Of a stretch of DNA of 64,000 nt, positions 31,983-42,608 are shown piece by piece; position 1 is the stretch's first letter, and every line of letters begins with the position of its first letter. Source of the DNA: Shigella phage Sf17; the sequence record MF327004. One strand, given 5' to 3'. The notes under the pieces are model-generated. The model did not search any database, had not been told where the DNA came from, and saw only the letters and a program-made list of their open reading frames with translations. Made by a program: the position numbers and the translations under genes.

Positions 31983-32846
31983 ATGTCTAAAGTTGTTAAA
32001 ATGAAAGCTCCGGTAGAGAAGTACAATGGTCAAGAACGTGAGACTCTGCGTTACCTGCTGAAAGATGTTTGGTTCTATTACCTGAACACTATTCCACGCC
32101 CTCAAAAGGGTAAATCTGTGGATAAGCATTTTCCGGGCAAAGATTGTAACTACAGCGTTTCAATTCTGGCAAAAGATGGTAACAAGCTCTTTAAAGAGTT
32201 CACCAAGTCTAAAAAGAGTCCTGAAGGTTGGGATAAAGTTACTACAGAGGCTGTTGATGCAGATGACTTCGAAGAGAAGTTTGGTTGTGAGCCTCCGTTT
32301 GAAGCTGACACCTATCACATCCTGAAGGTTAGCCGTTCAGCAGCATATAAAGATGGTGCTGTGTGGTCAGCAAAACAGAGTTTCCCTGTAATGCTGGTTG
32401 AAGAAATCAACGGTAAGCGTGTTGCAGTTAAGCAGCCTATGAAGAAAATCAAGGCAGCAAAATCTGATAAGCACGATGATGATAAGACTTACGATGTAAT
32501 TCATCCAGATATTGCAGTTGGTAACGGTTCATTTGGTAGTGTGATTCTGGCGACTCACTTCTACACATTTGAAGGTAACGTTCTGACCAAGCCAATTCAG
32601 GAACAATTTATCATTGATACTCTGGTTCCTTACACTGGTGGTACTGGTGGTGCTACTGAGACTGAACTGGATGAAGATGAACTGGCAATGCTTGGTCTTG
32701 CAGGTGTTGAAGACAACGGTGAAATCACTGAAGAAGATGCAAAAGATTCTGGTGATGAAGGTAAAGGTGGTGATGACGACGATGACGACGACCTGCCAAA
32801 CCCAGATGATGACGACGAAGATGATTTCGAAACTGACGACGAGTAA
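31983..32846 (+). CDS. ssDNA-binding protein (T7 gp2.5-like, acidic C-tail)
   Basis: 287 aa; long acidic C-terminal tail GDDDDDDDLPNPDDDDEDDFETDDE with aromatic residue; between helicase and exonuclease genes. Confidence 0.45.
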   Translation: MSKVVKMKAPVEKYNGQERETLRYLLKDVWFYYLNTIPRPQKGKSVDKHFPGKDCNYSVSILAKDGNKLFKEFTKSKKSPEGWDKVTTEAVDADDFEEKFGCEPPFEADTYHILKVSRSAAYKDGAVWSAKQSFPVMLVEEINGKRVAVKQPMKKIKAAKSDKHDDDKTYDVIHPDIAVGNGSFGSVILATHFYTFEGNVLTKPIQEQFIIDTLVPYTGGTGGATETELDEDELAMLGLAGVEDNGEITEEDAKDSGDEGKGGDDDDDDDLPNPDDDDEDDFETDDE

Positions 32847-32908
32847 TAGTCAGTAACTACTACAAAGCCCTGTACAGACGTATGGGGCTTTTTCGTATGG
32901 AGAGTACA

Positions 32909-33949
32909 ATGGAACAATACACCTTAACAAAGCTCCCAGAGAGCGTTACACACGTCTTTATTGACTCTGATAGCATTGCTTACAAAGGTGCTTGTGTAGT
33001 TGAAAAAGCAAAGTACAAGTATGTGAATAAAATCACTGCTGAAGAATCCGACGCTTTTGATAGTGCAAAACTGGCAGCACAATGGCTGTCTGACCAAAGA
33101 GTTTTAACTGAAGAGTTAGGACTTGACTTTGATGAAGATGAATGGGAAAGACAGACTTGGAAGGAGGCTAAGAGTGAAGCTGAAGCAATTATGGCTACAC
33201 AGCAAGTTCTTCAGGAGTGGTTGAAAGTCGTTGGTAAAGAACGCAAATGGATGGGTTACCTTACTGAGAAAGGTGTTCACAAACACAAGGATATCAAAGG
33301 TCTTGAACACCAATACCAAGGTAACAGAAAAGAAGCTGTAACACCTACACACCTAGTTGCTTGTCGTGAGTATCTTCTGTCACGACCAGAGTTTAAGCTC
33401 CTAAAGGGGGGCTTCGAAGCAGACTCTATCGTTATTGCAAAAGCTGAGAAGATGGGTAAAAAAGCTGCTCTGATGAGTATTGATAAAGACCTTCGTCAAG
33501 CTGAAGGAACTTACTGTATTGATATGACTTACGAGAAAGCTCCATTAATTTTCATTGCAGATAATAACGTTGGTGAGATTTGGGATTGCCCTATCAAATC
33601 TAAACCGAAAGCTAAGAAGACAGTCGGAGTAGGTTTTAAATTCCTCTGCTATCAAGCTGTAGCAGGTGATAATGCAGATAACTACTTCGGTTTAAAAGGT
33701 GCTGGTAAGGTTGCAGTGATGAATGCACTGGAAGGTAAAACTACCTACAAAGAGTGCTTAGACGCAATCTATGAGCTTTATGCTAAGAAAGAGTCATACA
33801 CCTATGAATCATGGGATGGTCAGATTGTGACAAGAACTCCACTAGAATTAATGGAGCAACACTTCTGGATTGCTTATCAAGAACGAAATCCTAAAGATGA
33901 TTTTACGTTTAAAAAATACAATTGGGAGCCAGTTATGAATGAAGATTAA
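32909..33949 (+). CDS. 5'-3' exonuclease / flap endonuclease
   Basis: N-terminal acidic cluster VFIDSDSIAYKG and GDNADNYFGLKGAGKVA (HhH-like) typical of FEN family; likely start ATG 32909 after GGAG (track start 32882). Confidence 0.6.
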   Translation: MEQYTLTKLPESVTHVFIDSDSIAYKGACVVEKAKYKYVNKITAEESDAFDSAKLAAQWLSDQRVLTEELGLDFDEDEWERQTWKEAKSEAEAIMATQQVLQEWLKVVGKERKWMGYLTEKGVHKHKDIKGLEHQYQGNRKEAVTPTHLVACREYLLSRPEFKLLKGGFEADSIVIAKAEKMGKKAALMSIDKDLRQAEGTYCIDMTYEKAPLIFIADNNVGEIWDCPIKSKPKAKKTVGVGFKFLCYQAVAGDNADNYFGLKGAGKVAVMNALEGKTTYKECLDAIYELYAKKESYTYESWDGQIVTRTPLELMEQHFWIAYQERNPKDDFTFKKYNWEPVMNED

Positions 33950-34439
33950 AGGATTTGGAAATTGCCCTGTTTATGGACATTGGGTTTCACTGTGCGGGGA
34001 AATTGACCCCGCTAACTATTTTGGTTTTGTCTATTTAGTATACTGTAAGAAAACTGGACAATATTATATTGGAAAGAAACAATTTAATAACGTCACTAAG
34101 AAAAAGGTTGCTGGAAAGACCAGACGTAAAGTCGTGACAAAAGAAAGTGATTGGATGACTTATCAAACATCTTCTGAATACATTAAGAAAGATATTGAAT
34201 CTTTTGGTGAAAAAGAGTTTGACTTCTACATCATCCAGACTTACTATACGCGAGGTGGCTTAGTTTATGGCGAAGCTAACCTACAACATAAGTTTGACGT
34301 CATGACAAAAAGGATTGACTCTAAGCTTCGACTCTTCTACAATGCAAACATTGCAGCAATCAAGTTTCTTACAAAAGAGACTTATGATGAAGCTGAGAAG
34401 AGAATCACTAAAATCATGAAACTTAATGAGAGAGTTTAA
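33939..34439 (+). CDS. GIY-YIG-type endonuclease-like protein
   Basis: Segment GFVYLVYCKKTGQYYIGKK fits GIY-(10-11)-YIG spacing; free-standing between replication genes. Confidence 0.45.
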   Translation: MKIKGFGNCPVYGHWVSLCGEIDPANYFGFVYLVYCKKTGQYYIGKKQFNNVTKKKVAGKTRRKVVTKESDWMTYQTSSEYIKKDIESFGEKEFDFYIIQTYYTRGGLVYGEANLQHKFDVMTKRIDSKLRLFYNANIAAIKFLTKETYDEAEKRITKIMKLNERV

Positions 34440-34656
34440 AATGTTTAATAAAATCAAAAATGACCATGTTTCTAAAATCCAGAGTGGTGTAGCAGCACTG
34501 AAGGAAACTATCAGTAAAGCTAAGTCAGCTACAGAAGCTGAGATGGATGCTCTGGAATCACAAATTCAACATCTGTTAAGCAAACGTGTTGAACTCAAAG
34601 AACGAATGGACTATATTGAGTCTCAACAAAAGTTGTTTGAAGATAAGGAGGCTTAA
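34426..34656 (+). CDS. hypothetical coiled-coil protein
   Basis: 76-aa ORF, overlapping neighbours. Confidence 0.4.
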   Translation: MREFKMFNKIKNDHVSKIQSGVAALKETISKAKSATEAEMDALESQIQHLLSKRVELKERMDYIESQQKLFEDKEA

Positions 34657-35411
34657 TGTTTAATTCCAGAGAATCCGTAAGAAATTGGAATCTACGTTGT
34701 GGCAATAATCCAAAAGAACCATACAGCACAGAGTATTGGGAATCACTGAAAAGCCAATCTCTGTGTATGCTTGAAGAAGCTAGAGAGTTAGTCGCAGCAG
34801 TAGAAGCCAAAGACCCTGTTGAGACCCTTGATGCTCAAGCTGATTTGCAGTATGTACTTGATGGTTTAATTTTCCTGACACAACATGACCATGATGGTGC
34901 TATCAAGGCTGTTTGTGAAAACAACAACCTCAAATACACAGACGACTATCAAGAAGCTCTACAGCGAATGTTTGATATTGAGAAACGTACTGGTGATGAA
35001 TGTTACCTGCGTCAATCAATCATCGAAGGTAAAGAGTGGTTTGCGATTATTCGCAAGTCTGATGGTAAGATTATGAAACAGTCTAATCTTCCAAAAGTTC
35101 AACTTGAAAGTTTTATTGCAGAAGTTGACGCAAAAGAATTATTTGTGGTAACATCTGACACATGCGTTATCTGCCAAGGACTGATTGGAAGTCTTGGTAG
35201 TCTTGGCATTAAAAACTTTTCTAAAGTTGAACCAATCTCTTCAAAAGCAGATAAAGATTTCTGCCGTGAGAATGGATTATGGCTTGCGGATATTGTGTAC
35301 TATGATGGTGAGAAGTTCCATGTAACCTCATATCCGAAATTGAATTATGATGCAATCAACCTCAAGCAGTGGTTGAAAGGAGTCGGTTATAATGGATTCA
35401 CAGAACATTAA
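34656..35411 (+). CDS. hypothetical protein (N-terminal region vaguely MazG/NTP-pyrophosphohydrolase-like)
   Basis: 251 aa; N-terminal helical region with conserved acidic residues (EEARELVAAVEAKD, LDGLIF); assignment unverified. Confidence 0.3.
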   Translation: MFNSRESVRNWNLRCGNNPKEPYSTEYWESLKSQSLCMLEEARELVAAVEAKDPVETLDAQADLQYVLDGLIFLTQHDHDGAIKAVCENNNLKYTDDYQEALQRMFDIEKRTGDECYLRQSIIEGKEWFAIIRKSDGKIMKQSNLPKVQLESFIAEVDAKELFVVTSDTCVICQGLIGSLGSLGIKNFSKVEPISSKADKDFCRENGLWLADIVYYDGEKFHVTSYPKLNYDAINLKQWLKGVGYNGFTEH

Positions 35412-35718
35412 TAAAGGTGAAGAAGTGGTGGCAAAAAGCCACTTCTCCAACTACAACCTCTCTATGACAGTGTTTATGAATGATTCACTGTTAGACAAGT
35501 ACGGAGAGAAGCCAGAAACGATTCTGGATAATGAACAAGTATTAGCAGCAGTGTTGTATAAGTATGGCTTAAATATTGATAAACCGTACTCTTACGAGAT
35601 TTGCCAGCACAGAAATACTTTTGGTAAAGTTGTTGTAGCCCCCCTGTTCATGGGTGTAGAGCGCACAGATGACCAGTGGATTTACTTGAAACGAAACTTG
35701 GATAGATATCATGTCTAA
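35392..35718 (+). CDS. hypothetical protein
   Basis: 108-aa ORF. Confidence 0.4.
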   Translation: MDSQNINKGEEVVAKSHFSNYNLSMTVFMNDSLLDKYGEKPETILDNEQVLAAVLYKYGLNIDKPYSYEICQHRNTFGKVVVAPLFMGVERTDDQWIYLKRNLDRYHV

Positions 35719-36046
35719 AATTAAGAAGTTAACTAAAGAAGAAATCAAAGCTGGTGAAGAACTAGGCAATGATAAGTTTGGTGAGACATTACATCATGGT
35801 GACTTTGTAATGTACACTGAAGATTGCAAAGGTCGCAGCGATATCAAATTTGGACGAGTTGTCTGCAAAGTACGTGGTAACTTTTCAATTGCAAGACTTG
35901 AAGAAGATATTAGTGAGAAACTTGACATGGCATTCGATGAAGGTAAACGTTACTGGTACATGAATACAATGTCTAAAGGTTCACTAACAAAAGTGTCACA
36001 GAAGTTCATTGAACTCTGGGAAAGTAAAAAGATTTTTAGCATTTAA
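35711..36046 (+). CDS. hypothetical protein
   Basis: 111-aa ORF followed by terminator. Confidence 0.4.
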   Translation: MSKIKKLTKEEIKAGEELGNDKFGETLHHGDFVMYTEDCKGRSDIKFGRVVCKVRGNFSIARLEEDISEKLDMAFDEGKRYWYMNTMSKGSLTKVSQKFIELWESKKIFSI

Positions 36047-36053
36047 TCTCTAA

Positions 36054-36078
36054 GGGGTCTCTTCGGAGACCCTTTTTC
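36054..36078 (+). terminator. rho-independent terminator (UUCG tetraloop)
   Basis: GGGTCTC-TTCG-GAGACCC followed by T5. Confidence 0.6.
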
Positions 36079-36097
36079 ACCTGTAGGATTTAATATA

Positions 36098-38332
36098 ATG
36101 ATTACTACTATTCGCAAATCAGACGGTACAATCGTACCATTCGAACCAGAACGTTTAAATAAGTGGGCTTCATGGGCTGACAAGAGAGGAATTATCTGGT
36201 CAGAAGTTGTAATGGAAGCTATGAAGCGTGTCTATGAAGGTTGCACAACAAAAGAAATGCACCAAGCTATGATTGACGTTTGTATTGATAAGCAAACTCA
36301 AGAGTACTCTGATATGGCTGGGAGACTACTTCTTGGCATTATCTACAAAGAAGCTTTTGGTGGATTTACAAAGGTTCCTCAATTACTTCCATTTGTGATG
36401 AAGATGGAGCAGATGGGGCTTTGGGAGCATATGGATTACACACCTGAAGAGATTGACTATTTACAAGGTCACATTGTACATTCAAAAGATATCTCTTATG
36501 GGTATGCAGTACTGAAGCAGTTCCGTGATAAGTATGGAATCCGTGACATTAAAAGTGGTAAGCTGTTTGAGTCTCCACAGTTTATGTTCATGGGTATGGC
36601 TATGAAATCCTTTGAAAGACAGCCTAAACAGCGCCGTTTAGATGATGTTATTAAGCTCTACACATATCTATCTGACCTGAAGATTAATGCCCCTACACCG
36701 TATCTGAATGGTCTGAGAGCTACAAAATCTGGCTATGCTTCATGCTGCCTAATTAAAGCAAACGATACTGCTGAATCTCTTGGCATTGCTACAAAAGTAG
36801 CTTATGACATGACCACTAAGCAAGCAGGTATTGGTATGCTGATGGAGACCAGAACAATTGGTGATGGAATCCGACAAAATACTATTGAGCATATGGGAAA
36901 ACTCCCTTATTATAAGCTTGTACGTGCTGCTGTAGAAGCTAATAAGCAGAAGAGTCGTGGTGGTTCAGCTAATAACTTCTTCACTGCATTAGACCCACAG
37001 ATTGAGGATTTGCTACGCTTGAAGCACCCTACAACGGTTCCTGCAAAGCGTATTAATGAAATGGATTACTCATTTGGTGCAAATGATTACTTCTGGCAAT
37101 GTGTACAGTACGATACAGATTGGTTGCTATTCTCTTACAAAGACGCACCAAGACTGTATGATATGTTCTACACAGCAAGTGCTGATGAATTTGCTATGGC
37201 AGTAGGTCACGCAGTTCATACAGGTGTTAAACATAAACGTGTAAAGGCTCGTGAGGTTGCCAAGTTGTTTATTCAGCAACGTTATGCTACAGGACGTGTT
37301 TACCCGTTCTTTACTAACAACGCAAACTATCATACACCTTTCAAAGAGCCTTTGAAAATGTCAAACCTGTGTATGGAGATTGTCTTACCAGTTCATGGTT
37401 TTGAGGATGAAAGAGACCTGTATAGCTACACAGCCAAGAAAGAAGATGGTGAAGTTGCTCTTTGCTTCCTAGCTAGTTTGGTTGCAGGGAGAATCACAGA
37501 AGATGAATACGCTGACGTTGCTTATTATGCTCTTGCAATGGTTGACTCCGTTATTGACCTTATGGATTATCCGTATCCGTCAATGCGTAACCATGTTCAG
37601 AAGCGTCGTTCTGTTGGTATTGGCCTTACTAATGTGGCTCATTACCTTGCGAAGAACTATGTGAACTACTCATCAAGGGCTGGTAAAACTAAACTTCATG
37701 AGTTGGCTGAGATGCACTCTTACTTCTTGCATGAAGCATCTTTAAGACTCGCAAAAGAGCGTGGTGTACCAGAGTACATGCAGTTTACTAAGTACCCTGA
37801 CGGTTGGGTTCCACCAAAGACTGCTAACAAGAAAATTGATGAAAAGCACGATGCAAAACTTCGTTATGATTGGGATGACCTGTCACATCGAATCAAAGAA
37901 AATGGAGGTATCCGTAACTCTGTGTTAGAGGCTTACATGCCTAATGAGAGTTCTTCTCTGGCAACTAACACGACAAACGGTCTGTACCCTATTCGTGACT
38001 TCATCTTAACTAAGAAGTCTGCAACTGGTAACGTTCTGTTTATTGTACCTGATTATGAAGAGTTGAAGTATGTATATGAAATTGCTTGGGATATTGATAC
38101 ATTTGATATGATTGATTGCTATGCAATTGTTCAAAAATTCACTGGTCAAGCTATCTCTTCAGATTTCTATGTTGACTACTCGAAGTCTAAGAAGGTATCA
38201 TTAGAGCAAGCTTTGAAGTACATGATTTATGCAAACCTTGTTGGTTTGAAAACTATGTACTACCTGAACAGTCGTATCGGTGTTGGCAAATCAGCACTAC
38301 AAGATGCCTACTGTGAGGGTTGCGGCGTTTAG
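36098..38332 (+). CDS. nrdA: ribonucleotide reductase class Ia large subunit
   Basis: 744 aa; segments NLCMEIVLP, SSSLATNTTNG, C-terminal KTMYYLNSR and thiol pair YCEGCGV as in NrdA. Confidence 0.9.
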   Translation: MITTIRKSDGTIVPFEPERLNKWASWADKRGIIWSEVVMEAMKRVYEGCTTKEMHQAMIDVCIDKQTQEYSDMAGRLLLGIIYKEAFGGFTKVPQLLPFVMKMEQMGLWEHMDYTPEEIDYLQGHIVHSKDISYGYAVLKQFRDKYGIRDIKSGKLFESPQFMFMGMAMKSFERQPKQRRLDDVIKLYTYLSDLKINAPTPYLNGLRATKSGYASCCLIKANDTAESLGIATKVAYDMTTKQAGIGMLMETRTIGDGIRQNTIEHMGKLPYYKLVRAAVEANKQKSRGGSANNFFTALDPQIEDLLRLKHPTTVPAKRINEMDYSFGANDYFWQCVQYDTDWLLFSYKDAPRLYDMFYTASADEFAMAVGHAVHTGVKHKRVKAREVAKLFIQQRYATGRVYPFFTNNANYHTPFKEPLKMSNLCMEIVLPVHGFEDERDLYSYTAKKEDGEVALCFLASLVAGRITEDEYADVAYYALAMVDSVIDLMDYPYPSMRNHVQKRRSVGIGLTNVAHYLAKNYVNYSSRAGKTKLHELAEMHSYFLHEASLRLAKERGVPEYMQFTKYPDGWVPPKTANKKIDEKHDAKLRYDWDDLSHRIKENGGIRNSVLEAYMPNESSSLATNTTNGLYPIRDFILTKKSATGNVLFIVPDYEELKYVYEIAWDIDTFDMIDCYAIVQKFTGQAISSDFYVDYSKSKKVSLEQALKYMIYANLVGLKTMYYLNSRIGVGKSALQDAYCEGCGV

Positions 38333-38387
38333 TTTTAATAACTATGAGGGTCGTAAAAGACCCTCTAAAATTAACTTGGAGAAAGGT

Positions 38388-38663
38388 ATGCTAGATTTAA
38401 TTCGCAATGCGAGAATACGTAGCAAAGACAACTCACTATATTTATTTTATATTCCAAGACGGTCTTTGTATTATATTGCAGACTTAGACTTAAAAGTTAA
38501 GATGCCAGATGGTTCTTGGAAAGAACATATACGATATATTGATTGTTTTAATCCAAAGCAAACATATGCAAGACCACTTGATATGTTCAACAAGGACAAA
38601 TGGGTTGTTATGACAACAACTGAAGCCAGAAACTTTCTAGATACAGGAATCTTACCAGAATGA
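38388..38663 (+). CDS. hypothetical protein between nrdA and nrdB
   Basis: ATG at 38388 after nrdA stop (track start 38280 overlaps nrdA); 91 aa. Confidence 0.35.
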   Translation: MLDLIRNARIRSKDNSLYLFYIPRRSLYYIADLDLKVKMPDGSWKEHIRYIDCFNPKQTYARPLDMFNKDKWVVMTTTEARNFLDTGILPE

Positions 38664-39733
38664 TTAACCCACATCCAATTTTCTTAGGCGGTGAACGGAA
38701 AACTTTCGATTCACTGAATAAACACTATCCAAAAATCTTTGAACTGTATAAGCAGCAGAAAGCACAAGACTGGTCTGAAGATGAGTTCCCATTTGAACAG
38801 TCACGTTTAGACTTTGAGAGTGTCCCTCAGTCAATGTCTGGTGTAATGCTTGAGATTCTGAAATGGCAATGGGAAGCAGATACACAAGTTGCTAAGAGTT
38901 TAGCTTTTGCCTTTGCACCATTCATCTCTGATGATATCTATGCAACTGCTATCATGAAGCAATCAGAAATTGAGAACCTTCATGCACTAACTTATTCAGA
39001 GATTGTTCGTCAGTGTATCAAGAACCCTGAAACAATCCTTGATGAGATTAACCAGAACGCTGCTGTACAGGACAGATTGAAGACTGTGAACAGAGCACTG
39101 GCAGAACTTCTTGACGAAGGTATTAACTATCGTTTAAGCTATGTTCGTCAAGAGCTAATGGAGAAAGACCCTTTACACTTCCACAAAGTAATCTTGAAAG
39201 GTCTCTTTGCAGTAACAGCACTTGAGGGTATTTCCTTCATGGCATCCTTTGCATGTACCTTTGCACTTGATGCACAAGATAAATTCCAAGGGATTGCACA
39301 AGCAGTACAGAAAATTATGCTTGACGAAATCATTCACACAAAGATTGATATCGAAGCATTAAAAGAAACTTTGAAAGATGAAGAGTGGCAAGAAGCTTTC
39401 CGTCAAGTACTACCAGAGATTAAAGTAATTCTGGATGAAGTAGTTGAAAGTGAAGAGAAATGGTCTTATTATATCTTCTCTGAAGGACGTGCTGTTGTAG
39501 GTTTGAATACAAAACTTCTTCACGAATGGGTTTACTACAACGCTGCTCCATTGTATGATATGTTTGGTATTCCAAGAGACTTCGTAGCTCCTAAAGAACC
39601 ACCTTTGAAATATATGATTAAGAAGATGGAAATTGATAAAGAGCAAAACGCTAACCAAGAACAACAAAATGGTGCGTACCTTTTGAATACCGTTGTTGAT
39701 GATTTAAATTCAGGATTTTTAGAGGTTCCTTAA
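38660..39733 (+). CDS. nrdB: ribonucleotide reductase class Ia small subunit
   Basis: 357 aa; diiron-site ExxH motifs (SEIENLHALTYSEIV, IMLDEIIH) and LEGISFMASFACTFA. Confidence 0.85.
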   Translation: MINPHPIFLGGERKTFDSLNKHYPKIFELYKQQKAQDWSEDEFPFEQSRLDFESVPQSMSGVMLEILKWQWEADTQVAKSLAFAFAPFISDDIYATAIMKQSEIENLHALTYSEIVRQCIKNPETILDEINQNAAVQDRLKTVNRALAELLDEGINYRLSYVRQELMEKDPLHFHKVILKGLFAVTALEGISFMASFACTFALDAQDKFQGIAQAVQKIMLDEIIHTKIDIEALKETLKDEEWQEAFRQVLPEIKVILDEVVESEEKWSYYIFSEGRAVVGLNTKLLHEWVYYNAAPLYDMFGIPRDFVAPKEPPLKYMIKKMEIDKEQNANQEQQNGAYLLNTVVDDLNSGFLEVP

Positions 39734-39975
39734 TGACTTATGTAATTTACTCAAAAGATGGATGCCCACAGTGTGTGACTGCTAAGAACTTTGCTCAGGC
39801 TCGTGGCTTAGACCATGTTGTTAGAATGCTTGGGAAAGATTATGAGCTAAGTGACCTGATGGATATTGCAAAGATACCTGTTCGTCAGATGCCTTTCATT
39901 ATGAAGGTTGAAGACAATGAAATGAAACCTGTTGGAACACTACAGAACTTTATGGCAGAGGTGAATAATGCTTAA
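39733..39975 (+). CDS. glutaredoxin/NrdH-like redoxin
   Basis: 80 aa with CPQC active-site motif near N-terminus; directly after nrdB. Confidence 0.6.
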   Translation: MTYVIYSKDGCPQCVTAKNFAQARGLDHVVRMLGKDYELSDLMDIAKIPVRQMPFIMKVEDNEMKPVGTLQNFMAEVNNA

Positions 39976-40168
39976 ACGTTTATGGGATGGTTTTGTTGAA
40001 GATGCTCCGATGATTGCTCTGGCATTCATGGTTACTAGCCTGTTTACTGATTTAAAACAAGGTGCTCTATTTGGAGCTATGCTAGTATGGGTTATCTTTG
40101 AGATATTAGATATCAAACATGATTTGAGTGGAAAGCTTAAAAAGCTTATTGAAAAGTTTTCTAAGTAG
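39968..40168 (+). CDS. small hydrophobic protein
   Basis: 66-aa ORF with hydrophobic core (IALAFMVTSLF ... LFGAMLVWVIF). Confidence 0.35.
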   Translation: MLKRLWDGFVEDAPMIALAFMVTSLFTDLKQGALFGAMLVWVIFEILDIKHDLSGKLKKLIEKFSK

Positions 40169-40178
40169 AATTAATATA

Positions 40179-40204
40179 AGGGTCTCTTCGGAGACCTTTT
40201 TTGT
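40179..40204 (+). terminator. rho-independent terminator (UUCG tetraloop)
   Basis: GGTCTC-TTCG-GAGACC followed by T7. Confidence 0.6.
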
Positions 40205-40217
40205 ATTAGGAGTCAGA

Positions 40218-42362
40218 ATGGTTAAAGTACAAATTATTAAGAAAGACGGTTCACTGGAAAAACCAAATGTAAATAAAATCGTCGAAGCAGTTACCAAGTC
40301 AGCTAATAGAGTTGGCTACAAAGAGTTACCACTAGAAGTTATCCATGCTCTTGAATCAGCCTTTATGAGACTGCTTGTCAGAGCAACTAATCAGAATGCT
40401 ATGCTCATCTCTGTAGATGATGTTCACAGTATTGTGGAAGGAACTCTGGCAGAGGTAAACCATGAAATCTATGAGTCATATTCAACCTACAGAAACTATC
40501 GTAAAGAGGTTGCACAGAATTGGGATGAACTTTACCAGAAAACTAAAGACACACTCTTCTTAGGTGACCGTGAGAATGCTAACTTTGACAGTAGCTTAAT
40601 CTCTACAAAAGGTTCAATCATCCGTGGGTATCTGACAAAAGAAATCTTTAAGCAGTATCACTTGACACCAGAAGAAGCAAGTGCTATTGAAGATGGATTC
40701 ATTTATATCCATGACTTAAGAGATTTAATCTTCGGTGGTATTAACTGTTGCTTGTTTGACATTGGAAGTGTCTTGAAAGGTGGTTTTGAAATGTCCGGCA
40801 TCGAATACTGTGAACCAAAGTCTGTACTTTCAGCTTTACAGGTTATTGGTGACGTTGTACTCTCAGCAACTGCACAGCAGTTTGGTGGGTTCACTATCCC
40901 AGAGATTGACAAGGTTCTTGTGCCATATGCTAAGAAGTCTTTTGAGTATCATCTGGAAAAAGCAAAGCAGTATAATATCACAGGGAGAGGTGGTGCATAC
41001 CACTATGCTAAAGAACAACTTCAGATTGAGCTAACCCAAGGCTTCCAATCTCTGGAAATGAAACTGAATACAGTTCCTTGCAGCCGTGGTGACTTTGCAT
41101 TCACAACCTTAACATTTGGTTTACTCGAACCAGATATGGCTAGTGAAGATAACCGCTTGCAATTTATGATTGCGAAGACTATTCTTGATGTGAGAATGAA
41201 TGGTCAAGGTAAATCTAAGAAGCCTGTTGTATTCCCTAAACTGGTTTACATTTATGATGAGACAAGACATATGCTAGACCCTTGGCAGGGAACTCTTTAT
41301 GACAAAGCTATTGAGTGCTGTTCTAAAGCTATGTACCCAGACTTCTTAAGTGTTTCTGGTCATGGTTCTGTTGCAGAAGCTTTTGAGCGTTCAGGTGCAG
41401 TCATCTCTCCAATGGGTTGCAGAGCTTTCTTATCTCCATATCATGATGAAGATGGTAAAGAGTTCTACACAGGGCGAGCAAATATCGGTGCAGTATCTCT
41501 TAATCTGCCAATGATTTACAAGTATTCTGAAGAGAATGGTTTAGACTTCTGGACAGAACTTGACAAGTATCTTGAGATGATTAGAAGCTTCCATAAAAAG
41601 CGTTATGAGATGATTGCTAATATGCCAGCAAGTTCTAACCCTCTGGCATTCACACAAGGTGGTTTGTATAAAGGTCATAAGAAGCCAACTGACAAGATTG
41701 GTTGGGATACTGTGAAGTCTTTTACAGCCTCTTTCGGTGTCACTGCATTGGATGAGTTGACAGTCCTTGCACAAGGTAAGAGATTACATGAGTCAGACGG
41801 TGATATTGCAAGTAAGGTTTTAAACTACCTGAATGGCAAACTGGAGCAGTTTAAACAGGAAGATGGTTTCTTGTATGCCCTCTATGGTACACCTGCTGAG
41901 AGCCTTTGTGGTACACAATTGAAGCAGTTTAGAAATATGTTTGGAGTTGTTAAAGGTGTATCTGATAAAGAATACTTTACAAACAGCTTCCACATGAATG
42001 TTGGTGCAGATATTACACCATTTGAAAAGCAAGACTTAGAAGAACCTTTCTTCCATGCTTGTAATGGTGGTCATATCCAGTACGTTCGTATTGCTAATCC
42101 AGAGAATCATAAAGCTATTAGGGCTTGTGTGACAAGAGGTATGGGTAAAGGCTTCTATCAAGGTGTTAACTTTGACTTGGCAATCTGTGAGAACTGTGGT
42201 CACCGTCCAAGTGCAGATGTTGAATTGTGTCCTAAGTGTAACTCACATGATATCTCTGTGATTAACCGTGTATGTGGATACCTTGGTTGGACTAAGATTA
42301 AAGGTACTTCCAGAATGAATGATGCAAAAATTGCTGAAATTCAGGATAGAAAATCTATGTAA
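40218..42362 (+). CDS. nrdD: anaerobic ribonucleoside-triphosphate reductase
   Basis: ATG 40218 after terminator and AGGAG SD; C-terminal glycyl-radical motif RVCGYLG and Zn-ribbon CENCGH ... CPKCN. Confidence 0.9.
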   Translation: MVKVQIIKKDGSLEKPNVNKIVEAVTKSANRVGYKELPLEVIHALESAFMRLLVRATNQNAMLISVDDVHSIVEGTLAEVNHEIYESYSTYRNYRKEVAQNWDELYQKTKDTLFLGDRENANFDSSLISTKGSIIRGYLTKEIFKQYHLTPEEASAIEDGFIYIHDLRDLIFGGINCCLFDIGSVLKGGFEMSGIEYCEPKSVLSALQVIGDVVLSATAQQFGGFTIPEIDKVLVPYAKKSFEYHLEKAKQYNITGRGGAYHYAKEQLQIELTQGFQSLEMKLNTVPCSRGDFAFTTLTFGLLEPDMASEDNRLQFMIAKTILDVRMNGQGKSKKPVVFPKLVYIYDETRHMLDPWQGTLYDKAIECCSKAMYPDFLSVSGHGSVAEAFERSGAVISPMGCRAFLSPYHDEDGKEFYTGRANIGAVSLNLPMIYKYSEENGLDFWTELDKYLEMIRSFHKKRYEMIANMPASSNPLAFTQGGLYKGHKKPTDKIGWDTVKSFTASFGVTALDELTVLAQGKRLHESDGDIASKVLNYLNGKLEQFKQEDGFLYALYGTPAESLCGTQLKQFRNMFGVVKGVSDKEYFTNSFHMNVGADITPFEKQDLEEPFFHACNGGHIQYVRIANPENHKAIRACVTRGMGKGFYQGVNFDLAICENCGHRPSADVELCPKCNSHDISVINRVCGYLGWTKIKGTSRMNDAKIAEIQDRKSM

Positions 42363-42371
42363 GTAGTTGAC

Positions 42372-42410
42372 AAGGTGGTGTAGGTCTTGATAGGCTTACA
42401 TCACCTTTTT
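42372..42410 (+). terminator. rho-independent terminator after nrdD
   Basis: AAGGTGGTG - 18-nt loop - CATCACCTT (one G-U pair) followed by T5. Confidence 0.45.
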
Positions 42411-42425
42411 ATTGGAGATAATAAA

Positions 42426-42608
42426 ATGTTGAAAATTGGCAAGGTTTACCTTTTCGTTGCAGGAAAGTCTAATCGCACACTTGAGGCTGTCCTCAAACAT
42501 GTATCTGAAAATAAATACACTGTGTCTTGGCAAGGTTCTAATGGGGTATGGTATGACGAGGACTTAACAAAAAACGTTTGGAAAGTGTATCAAGAGGTCA
42601 CAGCATGA
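42426..42608 (+). CDS. hypothetical protein
   Basis: ATG 42426 preceded by GGAGA SD (track start 42387 lies within terminator); about 60 aa. Confidence 0.4.
   Translation: MLKIGKVYLFVAGKSNRTLEAVLKHVSENKYTVSWQGSNGVWYDEDLTKNVWKVYQEVTA

Noticed and set aside
40128-40217. N-terminal extension of nrdD from the ORF-track start
   Set aside because: The track start is GTG and the extension would read through the UUCG terminator at 40179-40204; ATG 40218 has an AGGAG SD.
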